Counted from the first letter of the stretch, positions 20,824 to 31,614 are shown. The stretch is 64,000 nt of DNA from Obrimoposthia wandeli (GCA_977020255.1 CDROCS010000506.1:1488001-1552000); one strand, 5' to 3'. Translations and numbers: made by a program. Notes: generated by a model from the sequence alone, not told the origin.

Positions 20824-22074
20824 CTACTCAAGCCCTACAACACGACGCACTAATAATAGTTCGTCATCTTGCTTACGTTTACCAGCACTGACTAAAGCTT
20901 GCGTCGGAGCATGGATCAGCTTGTTAGTTAACTTATTGGCTAATTCTGTTAGCACGCGTTCGCAGTCAGACCCGTTTTGTATCGCTGCGATAGCGCGTTC
21001 GAGTAATATCTCTTTTTCCGCCATCGCCGCATTGCGGTATTCTTTAATCGAATCAACACTAGATAGTGATGCGATCCATTCAATAAACAGCTGCGTTTCT
21101 TCAGTGATAATGTATTCAGCTTGTTGCGCAGCGTCTTGGCGAGCTTCTTTATTCTGTTCGATAATACCTTGCAGGTCATCGACGGTATAAAGATAAGCAT
21201 TACCTAGCTCACCTACTTCTTCTTCAATATCCCGTGGCACGGCAATATCAACCAAGAAGATAGGCTTTTGCTTGCGTTGTTTCAGCGCACTTTCAATCAT
21301 ACCTTTACCAATAATAGGTAAAGGACTGGCTGTTGAACTAATCACAATATCAGCATTGTGTAAATGCTGTGGGATCTCTTCAAGCGTGAAAGTGGTCGCG
21401 CCAAACTTTTCACCCAAGGCTTGCGCGCGGGATACAGTGCGGTTAGCAACCATCATTTCCGTGACATTTTGTTCGGCTAGATGTGTCGCAACCAACTCAA
21501 TAGTTTCACCGGCGCCAATCAACAATACGCGGGTTTTCGACAAATCATCAAAGATATGTTTACTTAAACTCACAGCAGCAAAGGCCACAGAGACGGCATT
21601 AGCACCGATTTCCGTTTCAGTACGCACCCGCTTGGCAGCAGTAAAGGTTTTTTGGAATAGCTTATCGAGTACTTGAGAAACACAGTTCAGCTGTTTAGCT
21701 TTAGCAAATGATTGTTTTATTTGACCTAAAATTTGCGGTTCACCTAATACCAATGAATCTAAACCGCCCGCAACACGCATTAGATGATGCACAGCGTCAG
21801 CATCATAATAACGATAAGTACAAGACGCTAATTCATCTGCTGGTAAGTGGTGAAAATCAACTAACCATTGAGTGACACGTTCGGGTAAGCCTTGCTCAAT
21901 TTTGCAATATATTTCAGTACGATTACAGGTTGAAACAATCACCGCTTCCGAGACGATGCCGTCGGCCATAATGCTGGCAAAGGCATCTTCAATATTGTCA
22001 GGTGAAAAAGCTACCTTTTCACGAAGTGATACAGGTGCCGTATTATGATTTATACCAAGTGCTAACAGAGTCAT
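20824..22074 (-). CDS. hemA: Glutamyl-tRNA reductase
   Basis: [44 protein letters not shown] motifs. Confidence 0.98.
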   Translation of the reverse strand: MTLLALGINHNTAPVSLREKVAFSPDNIEDAFASIMADGIVSEAVIVSTCNRTEIYCKIEQGLPERVTQWLVDFHHLPADELASCTYRYYDADAVHHLMRVAGGLDSLVLGEPQILGQIKQSFAKAKQLNCVSQVLDKLFQKTFTAAKRVRTETEIGANAVSVAFAAVSLSKHIFDDLSKTRVLLIGAGETIELVATHLAEQNVTEMMVANRTVSRAQALGEKFGATTFTLEEIPQHLHNADIVISSTASPLPIIGKGMIESALKQRKQKPIFLVDIAVPRDIEEEVGELGNAYLYTVDDLQGIIEQNKEARQDAAQQAEYIITEETQLFIEWIASLSSVDSIKEYRNAAMAEKEILLERAIAAIQNGSDCERVLTELANKLTNKLIHAPTQALVSAGKRKQDDELLLVRRVVGLE

Positions 22075-22225
22075 GTATTACTTACAGTGAATAGTTGTAA
22101 AAATAGATAAGGGGGACATTCTACGCAAAAAGTATGAATTTTTAAAGTGACAAAACCATGCATATCTGTTTTTATAAGCTCATGCTTGCTCTTTATCATC
22201 ATTAGTTTATTTTTTTGAGTATCTT

Positions 22226-22837
22226 ATGACATTTCAGCGTTCTCTTTACATTGTTATTCTCAGCGTATTCTTAAATGCTTGTAGTACCACGACACAATTA
22301 CCAGCGCCGATTGGTAGCCCACAGCAACTATGGCAACAGCACCAAATACAATTGCAATCGATACACACTTGGCAATTACAAGGGCAAATCGCTTTTATCA
22401 CCCCCGACTCCCGTAATTCCGCCACTTTAAACTGGCAGCAATTTACTCAAGATTTTAATATCAACCTAACAGGTCCTTTTGGTATTCATGTGCTTACGAT
22501 CAAGCGCAGTAATGACATCTCAACCCTTATTCTCGATGATGACCGCCAATACCAAGGTCGAAATACCCAAACTTTAATTAATCAGCTCAGTCCGATGCCG
22601 ATCCCAGTAGATGAATTACGCGCTTGGATCATCGGTGATCCACTAACTGACGATGTTCAAATCGACAATTATGGCCGTGTAACTCAAGCTACCCATCCAC
22701 TTGGCTGGCACATCAGTTATACTAAATATCAATTAATCGATACTGTTTGGTTACCTCAAAATATCGTCATCAAAAAAGACGACATGCGTATAAAAATAAC
22801 GACTCGAAACTGGAAATTAAATGCCACACAAGATTAG
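22226..22837 (+). CDS. lolB: Outer-membrane lipoprotein receptor LolB
   Basis: Lipobox LNAC; W.L.G.IAF, PIPVDELRAWIIG motifs; divergent from hemA. Confidence 0.92.
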   Translation: MTFQRSLYIVILSVFLNACSTTTQLPAPIGSPQQLWQQHQIQLQSIHTWQLQGQIAFITPDSRNSATLNWQQFTQDFNINLTGPFGIHVLTIKRSNDISTLILDDDRQYQGRNTQTLINQLSPMPIPVDELRAWIIGDPLTDDVQIDNYGRVTQATHPLGWHISYTKYQLIDTVWLPQNIVIKKDDMRIKITTRNWKLNATQD

Positions 22838-23681
22838 CCACTGGTCAGCTCCTGCAAAACTGAATTTATTTCTGTATATTAACGGCCGTCGCCCCGATGG
22901 TTATCACGAGCTACAAACCTTGTTTCAGTTTGTCGATATCGGTGATGAATTAGCAATCAGCCCAAATCTTAACGATTGCATCACGATCACTCCGGCAATA
23001 CCGGGTGTGGCGCTGACCGACAATATCATCTACCAAGCAGCCATGGCTTTGAAAGCACATTCATCATTACCACTGGGCGCTGACATTAACTTAACCAAAA
23101 ATCTGCCAATGGGCGGAGGTCTCGGTGGCGGTTCTTCCGATGCAGCCACTACACTAGTAGCCCTAAATCAGCTTTGGCAATTACACCTAACTGAAGACCA
23201 ACTCGCAGACATAGGCGTTAAGTTAGGTGCTGACGTCCCCGTATTTGTTCGTGGTCATGCTGCATTTGCAGAAGGTATCGGCGAGAAGCTTACCCCGATA
23301 GAGGTGGATGAGAACTATTATCTTATTGCCATACCTGACACGCAAGTCAATACGGCGAAATTATTTTCTGATCCAGAACTGATCCGAGATACGCCAAAAC
23401 GCCCGCTGAATCAGTTGTTACGAGACGAATGGAAAAATGACTTTGAGCCAACTGTAAAAAAACGTCATCCCGAGGTTGCAAAAGCATTAGAGTGGTTGCT
23501 AAAATATGCGCCATCTCGACTGACAGGTTCCGGTTGCTGTGTTTTCTCTGAATTTAAAACTAAGTCTGCCGCATTAGCCGTATTAGCTAACGCGCCTACA
23601 AACATGCAAATTTATCTTGCGAAGGGCTTAAATAAATCGCCACTATTGTCTGATCTAGAAAGACAGAATAGTATGATTTAG
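22821..23681 (+). CDS. ispE: 4-diphosphocytidyl-2-C-methyl-D-erythritol kinase
   Basis: APAKLNLFLYI, PMGGGLGGGSSDAAT, LGADVPVFV, LTGSG motifs. Confidence 0.97.
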   Translation: MPHKISHWSAPAKLNLFLYINGRRPDGYHELQTLFQFVDIGDELAISPNLNDCITITPAIPGVALTDNIIYQAAMALKAHSSLPLGADINLTKNLPMGGGLGGGSSDAATTLVALNQLWQLHLTEDQLADIGVKLGADVPVFVRGHAAFAEGIGEKLTPIEVDENYYLIAIPDTQVNTAKLFSDPELIRDTPKRPLNQLLRDEWKNDFEPTVKKRHPEVAKALEWLLKYAPSRLTGSGCCVFSEFKTKSAALAVLANAPTNMQIYLAKGLNKSPLLSDLERQNSMI

Positions 23682-23861
23682 CAAGACTGAATTGCATGAC
23701 ATAGCAAGACAGGTTTAAATTTTAGTTCAGTACCGAATATCTGTTAAATAAGTTGTTACCAAATTCTAAGAGATTAATGCTGGGGATCTCTACTAAACAG
23801 TTCGCTGTTTAGGAGTATAATTATATCCCAGCCAAATACATCGATTACCTGAGGTTACACC

Positions 23862-24806
23862 GTGCCCGACATGAAACTCTTTGCTGGTAACGCTACACCA
23901 GAACTAGCTAAAAAAGTTGCTGAACGCCTTTTTATCCAACTTGGTAAAGCCAAAGTTGGTCGCTTTAGCGATGGCGAAATTAGCGTTGAAATTGAAGAAA
24001 ATGTACGTGGTGGAGATATCTTCATCCTACAATCAACTTGTGCACCAACGAACGACAACCTAATGGAACTTATCGTTATGGTTGATGCGATGCGTCGCGC
24101 ATCTGCGGGTCGTATTACTGCTGTTATTCCTTACTTTGGTTATGCTCGTCAAGATCGTCGTGTACGTTCTTCTCGTGTGCCAATTACAGCAAAAGTTGTA
24201 GCTGATTTCCTTTCAAGTGTTGGTGTTGACCGCGTATTAACGGTTGATCTACATGCTGAACAGATCCAAGGTTTCTTCGATGTACCTGTTGATAATGTAT
24301 TTGGTACGCCAGTATTATTAGCTGACATGCAAGAAAAGAATCTTGAGAACCCAGTTATCGTATCTCCTGATATCGGTGGTGTTGTACGTGCACGTGCTAA
24401 CGCTAAATTACTTGACGAAGCTGACCTTGCGATTATCGACAAACGTCGTCCAAAAGCAAACGTAGCACAAGTAATGCACATTATTGGTGACGTTAAAGAC
24501 CGTGACTGCATCCTAGTTGATGACATGATCGATACTGGCGGTACATTATGTGCAGCAGCTGTAGCACTGAAGAAAAATGGCGCGAAACGTGTATTTGCTT
24601 ACGCGACTCACCCAGTTTTCTCTGGTAACGCTGTAGAGAATCTACGTAATTCTTGCATTGATGAAATCGTGGTAACAGACTCAATTCCACTATCTCCTGA
24701 AGTTGCTGCTATGCCAAACGTACGCGTATTAAGCTTAAGCCCTATGCTTGCTGAATCAATTCGCCGCGTTAGCAATGAAGAATCAATTTCTGCAATGTTT
24801 AAATAA
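23862..24806 (+). CDS. prs: Ribose-phosphate pyrophosphokinase
   Basis: GTG start; [38 protein letters not shown] motifs. Confidence 0.99.
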   Translation: MPDMKLFAGNATPELAKKVAERLFIQLGKAKVGRFSDGEISVEIEENVRGGDIFILQSTCAPTNDNLMELIVMVDAMRRASAGRITAVIPYFGYARQDRRVRSSRVPITAKVVADFLSSVGVDRVLTVDLHAEQIQGFFDVPVDNVFGTPVLLADMQEKNLENPVIVSPDIGGVVRARANAKLLDEADLAIIDKRRPKANVAQVMHIIGDVKDRDCILVDDMIDTGGTLCAAAVALKKNGAKRVFAYATHPVFSGNAVENLRNSCIDEIVVTDSIPLSPEVAAMPNVRVLSLSPMLAESIRRVSNEESISAMFK

Positions 24807-24874
24807 TATAGACCGCTTTTAAAGCATTCGTTAAAGAATCTTTAAAGCGTTCAGTACATAAATTTAAGCAAAGC

Positions 24875-24911
24875 AAAAAACCGAGTTTGGTGCGCCAAAC
24901 TCGGTTTTTTT
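24875..24911 (+). terminator. prs intrinsic terminator
   Basis: CCGAGTTTGG-TGCG-CCAAACTCGG-T7 with upstream A6. Confidence 0.9.
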
Positions 24912-25108
24912 AGTTCTATAAACCTCAATTTATAGTGCTATACAGCCTCAGTTTTCAACGTCGCGACCTTACAATACAGCCTTTGACTCATCCGTCAGTT
25001 GAGCTTTGTGCTCACACAAGGTAAAATAGCGCGTTTTTTATCCAATGAGTAAGGTTCGATTCAGTCGAAATCTCATTAAGCACTCATTACAGTAATTATA
25101 GGTATACC

Positions 25109-25699
25109 ATGAGCAACGACATTCGTTTAATTGTCGGCCTGGCTAATCCAGGACAAGAATACAGCCGCACACGTCATAATGCCGGTGCTTGGTTTATTAA
25201 CGAATTAGCAAAATGGCACAACACGCAATTACGTGAAGAAGCAAAATATTTTGGCTATACAGCCCGCATCAATGTGGCAGGCCAAGATGTGCGCTTACTT
25301 GTACCGACCACATTTATGAATTTAAGTGGTAAATCAGTCGCGGCGATTGCCAAGTTTTACCAGATAGATGTAACCGAAATTTTAGTGGTTCATGATGAAT
25401 TAGATTTACCACCTGGCGTGGCTAAGTTTAAACAAGGCGGTAGCCACGGCGGCCATAATGGTCTGAAAGACATTATAAGTAAAATGGCCAACAGCAAAGA
25501 ATTTTTCCGTTTGCGCATAGGCATTGGTCATCCCGGTAGCAAAGAACAAGTAACCGGCTATGTACTCGGCAAAGCGCAAAAGATAGAACAAGAACAAATG
25601 GATGCAGCGATTGATGAAGCAGTACGCTGTATCGATGTTTTAGCTAAAGACGGTATGGTTAAAGCGATGAGTCGCTTACATACGTTTAAAGCGCAATAG
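25109..25699 (+). CDS. pth: Peptidyl-tRNA hydrolase
   Basis: [41 protein letters not shown] motifs. Confidence 0.98.
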   Translation: MSNDIRLIVGLANPGQEYSRTRHNAGAWFINELAKWHNTQLREEAKYFGYTARINVAGQDVRLLVPTTFMNLSGKSVAAIAKFYQIDVTEILVVHDELDLPPGVAKFKQGGSHGGHNGLKDIISKMANSKEFFRLRIGIGHPGSKEQVTGYVLGKAQKIEQEQMDAAIDEAVRCIDVLAKDGMVKAMSRLHTFKAQ

Positions 25700-25786
25700 T
25701 TAGTAGAAATAAACAATTTACACATACAACTAACATCATTACTTGTATGTACCAATTTTAGTGTCATAGCAAATAAGGTAAATAAC

Positions 25787-26878
25787 ATGGGTTTTAAATG
25801 CGGTATCGTAGGCTTACCAAACGTAGGTAAATCAACACTATTTAATGCATTAACACAAGCTGGTATCGAAGCTGCCAACTTCCCGTTCTGCACAATCGAG
25901 CCGAACACAGGTGTTGTTCCAGTGCCAGATAAGCGTTTAGAAGCATTATCTGCAATCGTAAACCCAGAGCGCATATTACCAACGACAATGGAATTTGTTG
26001 ATATTGCAGGCTTAGTAGCTGGCGCATCTAAAGGTGAAGGCCTAGGTAACAAATTCCTAGCTAACATCCGTGAAACAGACGCAATTGGTCACGTGGTACG
26101 TTGTTTTGAAGATGACAACATCATTCACGTTAACAACAAAATTTCACCATTAGATGATATCGAAATCATCAATACTGAACTTGCACTAGCCGATCTAGAC
26201 AGCTGCGAGCGCGCATTACAACGTTTAGCTAAAAAAGCTAAAGGTGGCGATAAAGACGCTAAATTTGAAGTGCCAGTAGTTGAAAAGATCATGGCTCACC
26301 TTGGTGAAGGCGAAATGATCCGTTCTTTAGAATTATCTAAAGAAGAAGTGGCTGCTATTGAATACATGAATTTCTTAACGCTAAAACCAACAATGTACAT
26401 TGCTAACGTTGCTGAAGATGGTTTTGAAGATAACGTATTCTTAGATTCAGTTCGTGCACTTGCTGCAACAGAAAATGCAGTCGTTGTTGCTATCTGCGCA
26501 TCAATGGAATCAGACATCGCTGAACTTGAAGATGAAGAACGTGCAGAGTTCATGGAAGATATGGGTATCGAAGAACCTGGTCTTAACCGTGTAATTCGTG
26601 CGGGTTACGAACTACTAGCATTGCAAACTTACTTTACTGCAGGTGTTAAAGAAGTACGTGCTTGGACTATTCCTGTAAACGCAACAGCACCACAAGCAGC
26701 AGGTAAGATCCACACTGACTTCGAAAAAGGCTTTATCCGTGCTGAAGTTGTCCCTTACGCTGCATTCATCGAGCACAAAGGTGAAGCTGGCGCGAAGACA
26801 GCTGGTCAATGGCGTCTAGAAGGTAAAGATTACATCGTTAAAGATGGTGATGTTGTACATTTCCGTTTCAACGTATAA
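25787..26878 (+). CDS. ychF: Redox-regulated ATPase YchF (Obg family)
   Basis: [50 protein letters not shown] motifs. Confidence 0.99.
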   Translation: MGFKCGIVGLPNVGKSTLFNALTQAGIEAANFPFCTIEPNTGVVPVPDKRLEALSAIVNPERILPTTMEFVDIAGLVAGASKGEGLGNKFLANIRETDAIGHVVRCFEDDNIIHVNNKISPLDDIEIINTELALADLDSCERALQRLAKKAKGGDKDAKFEVPVVEKIMAHLGEGEMIRSLELSKEEVAAIEYMNFLTLKPTMYIANVAEDGFEDNVFLDSVRALAATENAVVVAICASMESDIAELEDEERAEFMEDMGIEEPGLNRVIRAGYELLALQTYFTAGVKEVRAWTIPVNATAPQAAGKIHTDFEKGFIRAEVVPYAAFIEHKGEAGAKTAGQWRLEGKDYIVKDGDVVHFRFNV

Positions 26879-26889
26879 TTGACCTTATA

Positions 26890-26945
26890 TTACGAGGCTT
26901 ATGTTACGAGACTTATGTTACTAAATTTGAGTTACGAGACTTAAG
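26890..26945 (+). repeat. Degenerate 14-bp tandem repeat, 4 units
   Basis: TTACGAGGCTTATG / TTACGAGACTTATG / TTACTAAATTTGAG / TTACGAGACTTAAG in exact 14-bp register. Confidence 0.75.
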
Positions 26946-26975
26946 TTAAGTAGTTTAACGTTCAAGTAAGCATAT

Positions 26976-27003
26976 AAACGCTGGCAATTGCCGGCGTTTT
27001 TTT
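26976..27003 (+). terminator. ychF intrinsic terminator
   Basis: ACGCTGGC-AATT-GCCGGCGT followed by a T-tract. Confidence 0.85.
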
Positions 27004-27218
27004 GTTTTAGCGGGAGTAACCAAGCTATTTTCCTAAAAACAATGAACACCCGTTAAAATAATCAAATACAGATCAAATCGTTAAATAATTTTCAATCCTT
27101 TTTCGTGGTGTTGAATTACACGGGTTTGCACTTTTTCTACAAATAGCATAGAGTGGCAACAGGATTCGTACAGAATTCCAACAGGCAAAGTAAAAAATGT
27201 TTTTATACTAAAAAACAG

Positions 27219-27254
27219 TTGACGAATATCGCTGTAATTAGCATAATGCGCCCC
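27219..27254 (+). promoter_or_regulatory. Stable-RNA (stringent) sigma70 promoter of the tRNA array
   Basis: TTGACG-17 bp-CATAAT, GC-rich discriminator GCGCCCC, upstream A/T tracts. Confidence 0.85.
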
Positions 27255-27299
27255 GTTCCAACGAAACAGTTAACTGCTAGTCGGAATGAGATTTAAGAT

Positions 27300-27376
27300 G
27301 GCCATGTAGCTCAGCTGGTTAGAGCACAGCATTCATAATGCTGGGGTCACAGGTTCAAGTCCCGTCATGGCCACCA
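27300..27376 (+). tRNA. tRNA-Met (CAT), elongator
   Basis: 77 nt cloverleaf, anticodon arm CAGCA-TTCATAA-TGCTG, encoded CCA. Confidence 0.95.
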
Positions 27377-27392
27377 TCTTAATTCTAATTGT

Positions 27393-27467
27393 AGGGATAT
27401 CGCCAAGCGGTAAGGCACCGGGTTTTGATCTCGGGATTCTGAGGTTCAAATCCTCATATCCCTGCCA
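27393..27467 (+). tRNA. tRNA-Gln (TTG)
   Basis: 75 nt, CCGGG-TTTTGAT-CTCGG anticodon arm, encoded CCA. Confidence 0.95.
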
Positions 27468-27571
27468 TTATATAAACGATTGGCTTTTATTAGCGGATTG
27501 TTAAATTTATAAACGCTGTTACGCATTAAGTTGTTTAACACTACCAAGTTTATAAATACAAAGAATATTGT

Positions 27572-27656
27572 GCGGAAGTGGCGGAATTGGTAGACGCGCT
27601 AGATTTAGGTTCTAGTATTGCAAAGTGTGAGAGTTCAAGTCTCTCCTTCCGCACCA
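27572..27656 (+). tRNA. tRNA-Leu (TAG)
   Basis: 85 nt, CTAGA-TTTAGGT-TCTAG anticodon arm, long variable arm. Confidence 0.95.
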
Positions 27657-27692
27657 TGCTTTAAATATAACGAAAGTTATATGAAGAATTGT

Positions 27693-27767
27693 AGGGATAT
27701 CGCCAAGCGGTAAGGCACCGGGTTTTGATCTCGGGATTCTGAGGTTCAAATCCTCATATCCCTGCCA
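27693..27767 (+). tRNA. tRNA-Gln (TTG)
   Basis: Identical to 27393-27467. Confidence 0.95.
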
Positions 27768-27863
27768 TATACCAACACAGACTTCGGTCAGTGTTAACAT
27801 TACAAGGTTTATTGAACTCTAACCATTCAATACTACCATCCTTGTAATGATAAAGAATATTGT

Positions 27864-27948
27864 GCGGAAGTGGCGGAATTGGTAGACGCGCTAGATTTAG
27901 GTTCTAGTATTGCAAAGTGTGAGAGTTCAAGTCTCTCCTTCCGCACCA
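27864..27948 (+). tRNA. tRNA-Leu (TAG)
   Basis: Identical to 27572-27656. Confidence 0.95.
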
Positions 27949-27984
27949 TGCTTTAAATATAACGAAAGTTATATGAAAAATTGT

Positions 27985-28059
27985 AGGGATATCGCCAAGC
28001 GGTAAGGCACCGGGTTTTGATCTCGGGATTCTGAGGTTCAAATCCTCATATCCCTGCCA
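27985..28059 (+). tRNA. tRNA-Gln (TTG)
   Basis: Identical to 27393-27467. Confidence 0.95.
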
Positions 28060-28110
28060 CTTTTATTTTATTCGTATTTATACGGGTAGAATGAAAAATG
28101 AAGTAAGAAT

Positions 28111-28187
28111 GGCCATGTAGCTCAGCTGGTTAGAGCACAGCATTCATAATGCTGGGGTCACAGGTTCAAGTCCCGTCATGGCCACCA
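28111..28187 (+). tRNA. tRNA-Met (CAT), elongator
   Basis: Identical to 27300-27376. Confidence 0.95.
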
Positions 28188-28212
28188 TTCTTATTTTGAA
28201 AAATAAAACATT

Positions 28213-28297
28213 GCGGAAGTGGCGGAATTGGTAGACGCGCTAGATTTAGGTTCTAGTATTGCAAAGTGTGAGAGTTCAAGTCTCTCCTTCCGCACCA
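28213..28297 (+). tRNA. tRNA-Leu (TAG)
   Basis: Identical to 27572-27656. Confidence 0.95.
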
Positions 28298-28338
28298 TGT
28301 TTTATTGCACAATACAGCAATGCTGTAGAAAGATTTGT

Positions 28339-28413
28339 AGGGATATCGCCAAGCGGTAAGGCACCGGGTTTTGATCTCGGGATTCTGAGGTTCAAATCCT
28401 CATATCCCTGCCA
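28339..28413 (+). tRNA. tRNA-Gln (TTG)
   Basis: Identical to 27393-27467. Confidence 0.95.
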
Positions 28414-28446
28414 CTTTTTCTAAACACTCCTCTGAATACCTCTCCT

Positions 28447-28551
28447 TAATTTCTAATTTCTAATTTCTAATTTCTAATTTCTAATTTCTAATTTCTAATT
28501 TCTAATTTCTAATTTCTAATTTCTAATTTCTAATTTCTAATTTCTAATTTC
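28447..28551 (+). repeat. Perfect heptanucleotide tandem repeat (TAATTTC)x15
   Basis: 105 bp = 15 exact units counted from the sequence. Confidence 0.97.
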
Positions 28552-28663
28552 AGCATTTTAATTATGCTTATCATTACTATGCAAGTTTTATTGCCCCCAT
28601 TACTATAATCAACTTCTCTTCGCCTTACATTCCTATTAATTAACTTTTTTATCACATTTGCGC

Positions 28664-28690
28664 TAACAAAATACCTCTTTTGGCCGATAT
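28664..28690 (+). promoter_or_regulatory. Putative sigma28 (FliA) promoter of the MCP gene
   Basis: TAAC-N15-GCCGATAT versus consensus TAAA-N15-GCCGATAA, about 120 bp upstream of a chemoreceptor. Confidence 0.6.
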
Positions 28691-28810
28691 CCTATTTGTA
28701 TCAAGATTAATTTGTTACGATTAACCCTACTAATTACAGTAGAATTAAAATACCAATGATCATCATTAAGTGCTTGATCTATTTTGGTTGGTTTCAGATG
28801 GGAAGAAACA

Positions 28811-30421
28811 ATGTTAAAAAATGTCTCTATAGCTAAAAAAATAAACCTCGCGCTGAGCAGTTTGTTTATCCTGATCCTCGCTATTTCTGCGTTATCACAA
28901 AGTAAGCAAGAAACAGCCTTGGTTTTATCTATTTTAGAGCAACAAGCCCATGAACAAGCTGATACTTACTTTGATAGTTTAAATACCATGATGCTCACAG
29001 GCAGTATCGGTCAACGCGAAACCTTACGCCACAAAATGCTAGAAAACGATAATATTTCCGATATTCGCATAGTCAGAGCAGATAAAGTTAATCAACTCTA
29101 TGGTCCGGGATTAGCGAGTGAACAAATCAAAGATGATTTTGACCGCCGTGCACTTGCAGGTGAAGACATAACCCAAGTCATTAGCACGCCAGAAGGTGAA
29201 ACCTTATTAATCACCAAACCACTTATCGCCTCAAAAAATTACCGTGGCACCGATTGCACTGCTTGCCACAATGCCAAAGAAGGTGATGTACTCGGTACAG
29301 TCAGATTGGAATATTCTTTGACCCATTTTTACCAACAAGTACAACAAAATATTTTACGCTCAAGTGCAATTTTAGCCGTGGTGTTATTTGCCGGTTTACT
29401 ACTCACCTTATTCATTATTCGTAAAGTGATCCTCAAGCCAATTAGCGATCTGACCGACAGTATGGAGCTTGCCAGTGACACCCAAGATGTCACCACCCTG
29501 ATTGAAGTAAAAAGCCAGGACGAAATAGGCCGTATGGTCACCGCGTTTAATTACATGATGAGTAATTTTCATTACAGCCTCACCCATGTACTCAATACAG
29601 CCGAACAACTAGAAGATATCTCTACCAAGCTAAGTACTGCATCAACACAAACCTATAACTCGGCGAATCAACAGAAACAAGAAGCAGCAACCATTAACGC
29701 TAGCATAGCCACCATGCAGACTCAGGTTGAAGATATTAAGACCAAAGCAACCATGACCACGGCAGCATCGACACAAGCAGCACTACAAACGGACAAAGGC
29801 AATATTTTAGCCACTGCCACCATTAAGGAAATAACCACACTGACAACCCAACTTGATCACGTGGTCGATAAAATGCATCAACTAGGTGAACAAACCAATA
29901 ACGTCACCAAAATATTAGGGGTGATAAACGCTATTTCCGAACAAACCAATTTATTAGCATTGAATGCCGCGATTGAAGCCGCTCGCGCAGGTGAAAGTGG
30001 ACGTGGTTTTGCGGTGGTTGCAGAAGAAGTGCGAGCATTGGCGATTAAGACCAATAACTCAACTAAAGAAATACAAACCATTGTCAGTTCATTAATTGAA
30101 ACGTCAAACAGCTCATTTTCAGCAATGGATACAGCCAAAGTAACCGCGGCAGAAGGCGCGATCAAGGTATCGCAATTAGCAGACATGTTAAATGAGATTG
30201 CACGGGAAATGCAGGAAATTAATCAACTCAATGATTCTGTCACCGAATCATCGATAACGCAGCAAACACTGACCACAGATATTCAGCATAATATTGAAAT
30301 GATTGCCGTGCACTCGGATGAAACAACAGTAGTCGCAACCCATGCAAGCAGTATCAGTCAAGACTTACTCAGTCATTCCACTGAACTACTTACAAAAGTA
30401 AAAGAATTTAAATTAAGCTAA
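28811..30421 (+). CDS. Methyl-accepting chemotaxis protein with periplasmic CxxCH motif
   Basis: Two TM helices, DCTACH just before TM2, HAMP ([11 protein letters not shown]), signalling hairpin [31 protein letters not shown]. Confidence 0.95.
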   Translation: MLKNVSIAKKINLALSSLFILILAISALSQSKQETALVLSILEQQAHEQADTYFDSLNTMMLTGSIGQRETLRHKMLENDNISDIRIVRADKVNQLYGPGLASEQIKDDFDRRALAGEDITQVISTPEGETLLITKPLIASKNYRGTDCTACHNAKEGDVLGTVRLEYSLTHFYQQVQQNILRSSAILAVVLFAGLLLTLFIIRKVILKPISDLTDSMELASDTQDVTTLIEVKSQDEIGRMVTAFNYMMSNFHYSLTHVLNTAEQLEDISTKLSTASTQTYNSANQQKQEAATINASIATMQTQVEDIKTKATMTTAASTQAALQTDKGNILATATIKEITTLTTQLDHVVDKMHQLGEQTNNVTKILGVINAISEQTNLLALNAAIEAARAGESGRGFAVVAEEVRALAIKTNNSTKEIQTIVSSLIETSNSSFSAMDTAKVTAAEGAIKVSQLADMLNEIAREMQEINQLNDSVTESSITQQTLTTDIQHNIEMIAVHSDETTVVATHASSISQDLLSHSTELLTKVKEFKLS

Positions 30422-30441
30422 AAGGTAATGCCGAACAACAC

Positions 30442-31614
30442 CTAGCTTAAACCAATCGCATAACGTAACGCCTGACGCTTTAACGGTCCGGCGCGTTGTG
30501 CGACTGCAAGACCAAGATTACGCAGTACCTTAATTGGCGCAGAGTTATTACTGAACACCGAATAAAATAGATCCATACTGGTTTGCATTAATAGATTATC
30601 TGGTCTTCTCGTACGCTGGTAGCGTGCTAATAACGCTTCGCTATCCCATGCTTCACCTTCAATCACCGCACTTCGAATCAGTTCGCATAATACGTTCACA
30701 TCTTTAAAGCCAATATTAACGCCCTGTCCTGCTAATGGATTAATGGTATGCGCAGCATCACCCAGTAATACCACACGACCTTTATAGTACTGCTGTGCAT
30801 GACGACGGGTTAGCGGGAACGAACCGTGATTGGTAATTTCGAATTCTCCAATCAGATCAGGAAAGTGCTGTTGTACTTCCTTTTTTAAATCCGTGTTAGA
30901 TAACTGACTTAAATATTTTATTTGTGCAGTTTGATGATACCAAACTAGAGATGCTTTATGACCCGGTAACGGTAATAGCGCCATTGGCCCCGTCGGTGAA
31001 AACTCCTGCCAAGTCACGTCTTGTTGTGCTTGCTCGGTATCAATATTAATTAACATGCAATTTTGACGATAATCCCAGCTGCTAATACCAATGTTACTCT
31101 GCTGACGAATAATAGAATTAGCACCATCAGCGGCGAGTACTAACTTGGTACGCAGTTTAACCCCAGATGTCAGCACGATCTCGGCATGATCATTGTACTG
31201 CGTTAGCGTCGCGACTTTCTCTGGGCACATTAACTGCACATTACCATGGCGTTTCATCGCCTCGAGTAAACCTAACTGGATCACCCGATTTTCAATGATG
31301 TAGCCTAACTTATCATGACCAATATCGTTCGCATGGAATTTAGTCTCGCAACCACCTTGATCCCACGTTTCCAAACGACGGTAAGGGCAAAGACGCATTT
31401 CTCTGATGTTACTCCAAGCGCCGGTAGCAACCAGTAACTGTTGAGAGGCCAGACTGATCGCCGATACACGCAAGTCCATCGCTTGCTCAAATGAGAACGC
31501 CGCTGGTGCTTGCGCTTCAATTACAGCAATCTTAAGTCCCGAAGGGGCCAGTAAATTGGCCGTACTGGCACCGACCATCCCACCACCAACAATAATTACA
31601 TCAAATTCCTGCAT
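30442..31614 (-). CDS. ubiF: UbiF-type FAD-dependent ubiquinone biosynthesis hydroxylase
   Basis: IVGGGMVG, DLRVSAIS, AADGANS.IR, FPLTRRHA, GDAAHTINPLAGQGVN motifs; divergent from miaB. Confidence 0.9.
   Translation of the reverse strand: MQEFDVIIVGGGMVGASTANLLAPSGLKIAVIEAQAPAAFSFEQAMDLRVSAISLASQQLLVATGAWSNIREMRLCPYRRLETWDQGGCETKFHANDIGHDKLGYIIENRVIQLGLLEAMKRHGNVQLMCPEKVATLTQYNDHAEIVLTSGVKLRTKLVLAADGANSIIRQQSNIGISSWDYRQNCMLINIDTEQAQQDVTWQEFSPTGPMALLPLPGHKASLVWYHQTAQIKYLSQLSNTDLKKEVQQHFPDLIGEFEITNHGSFPLTRRHAQQYYKGRVVLLGDAAHTINPLAGQGVNIGFKDVNVLCELIRSAVIEGEAWDSEALLARYQRTRRPDNLLMQTSMDLFYSVFSNNSAPIKVLRNLGLAVAQRAGPLKRQALRYAIGLS

Noticed and set aside
25558-26067. 169-aa antisense ORF over pth/ychF, and similar shadows (9136, 9566, 21272, 24149, 29878, 32848, 61694, 62135 and others)
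   Set aside because: Antisense to strongly codon-biased genes; no RBS or recognisable domains. Expected shadow ORFs.
27300-28551. Regularly spaced repeats resembling a CRISPR array
   Set aside because: The repeats are full tRNA genes and a spacer-less heptamer SSR; there are no unique spacers and no cas genes.
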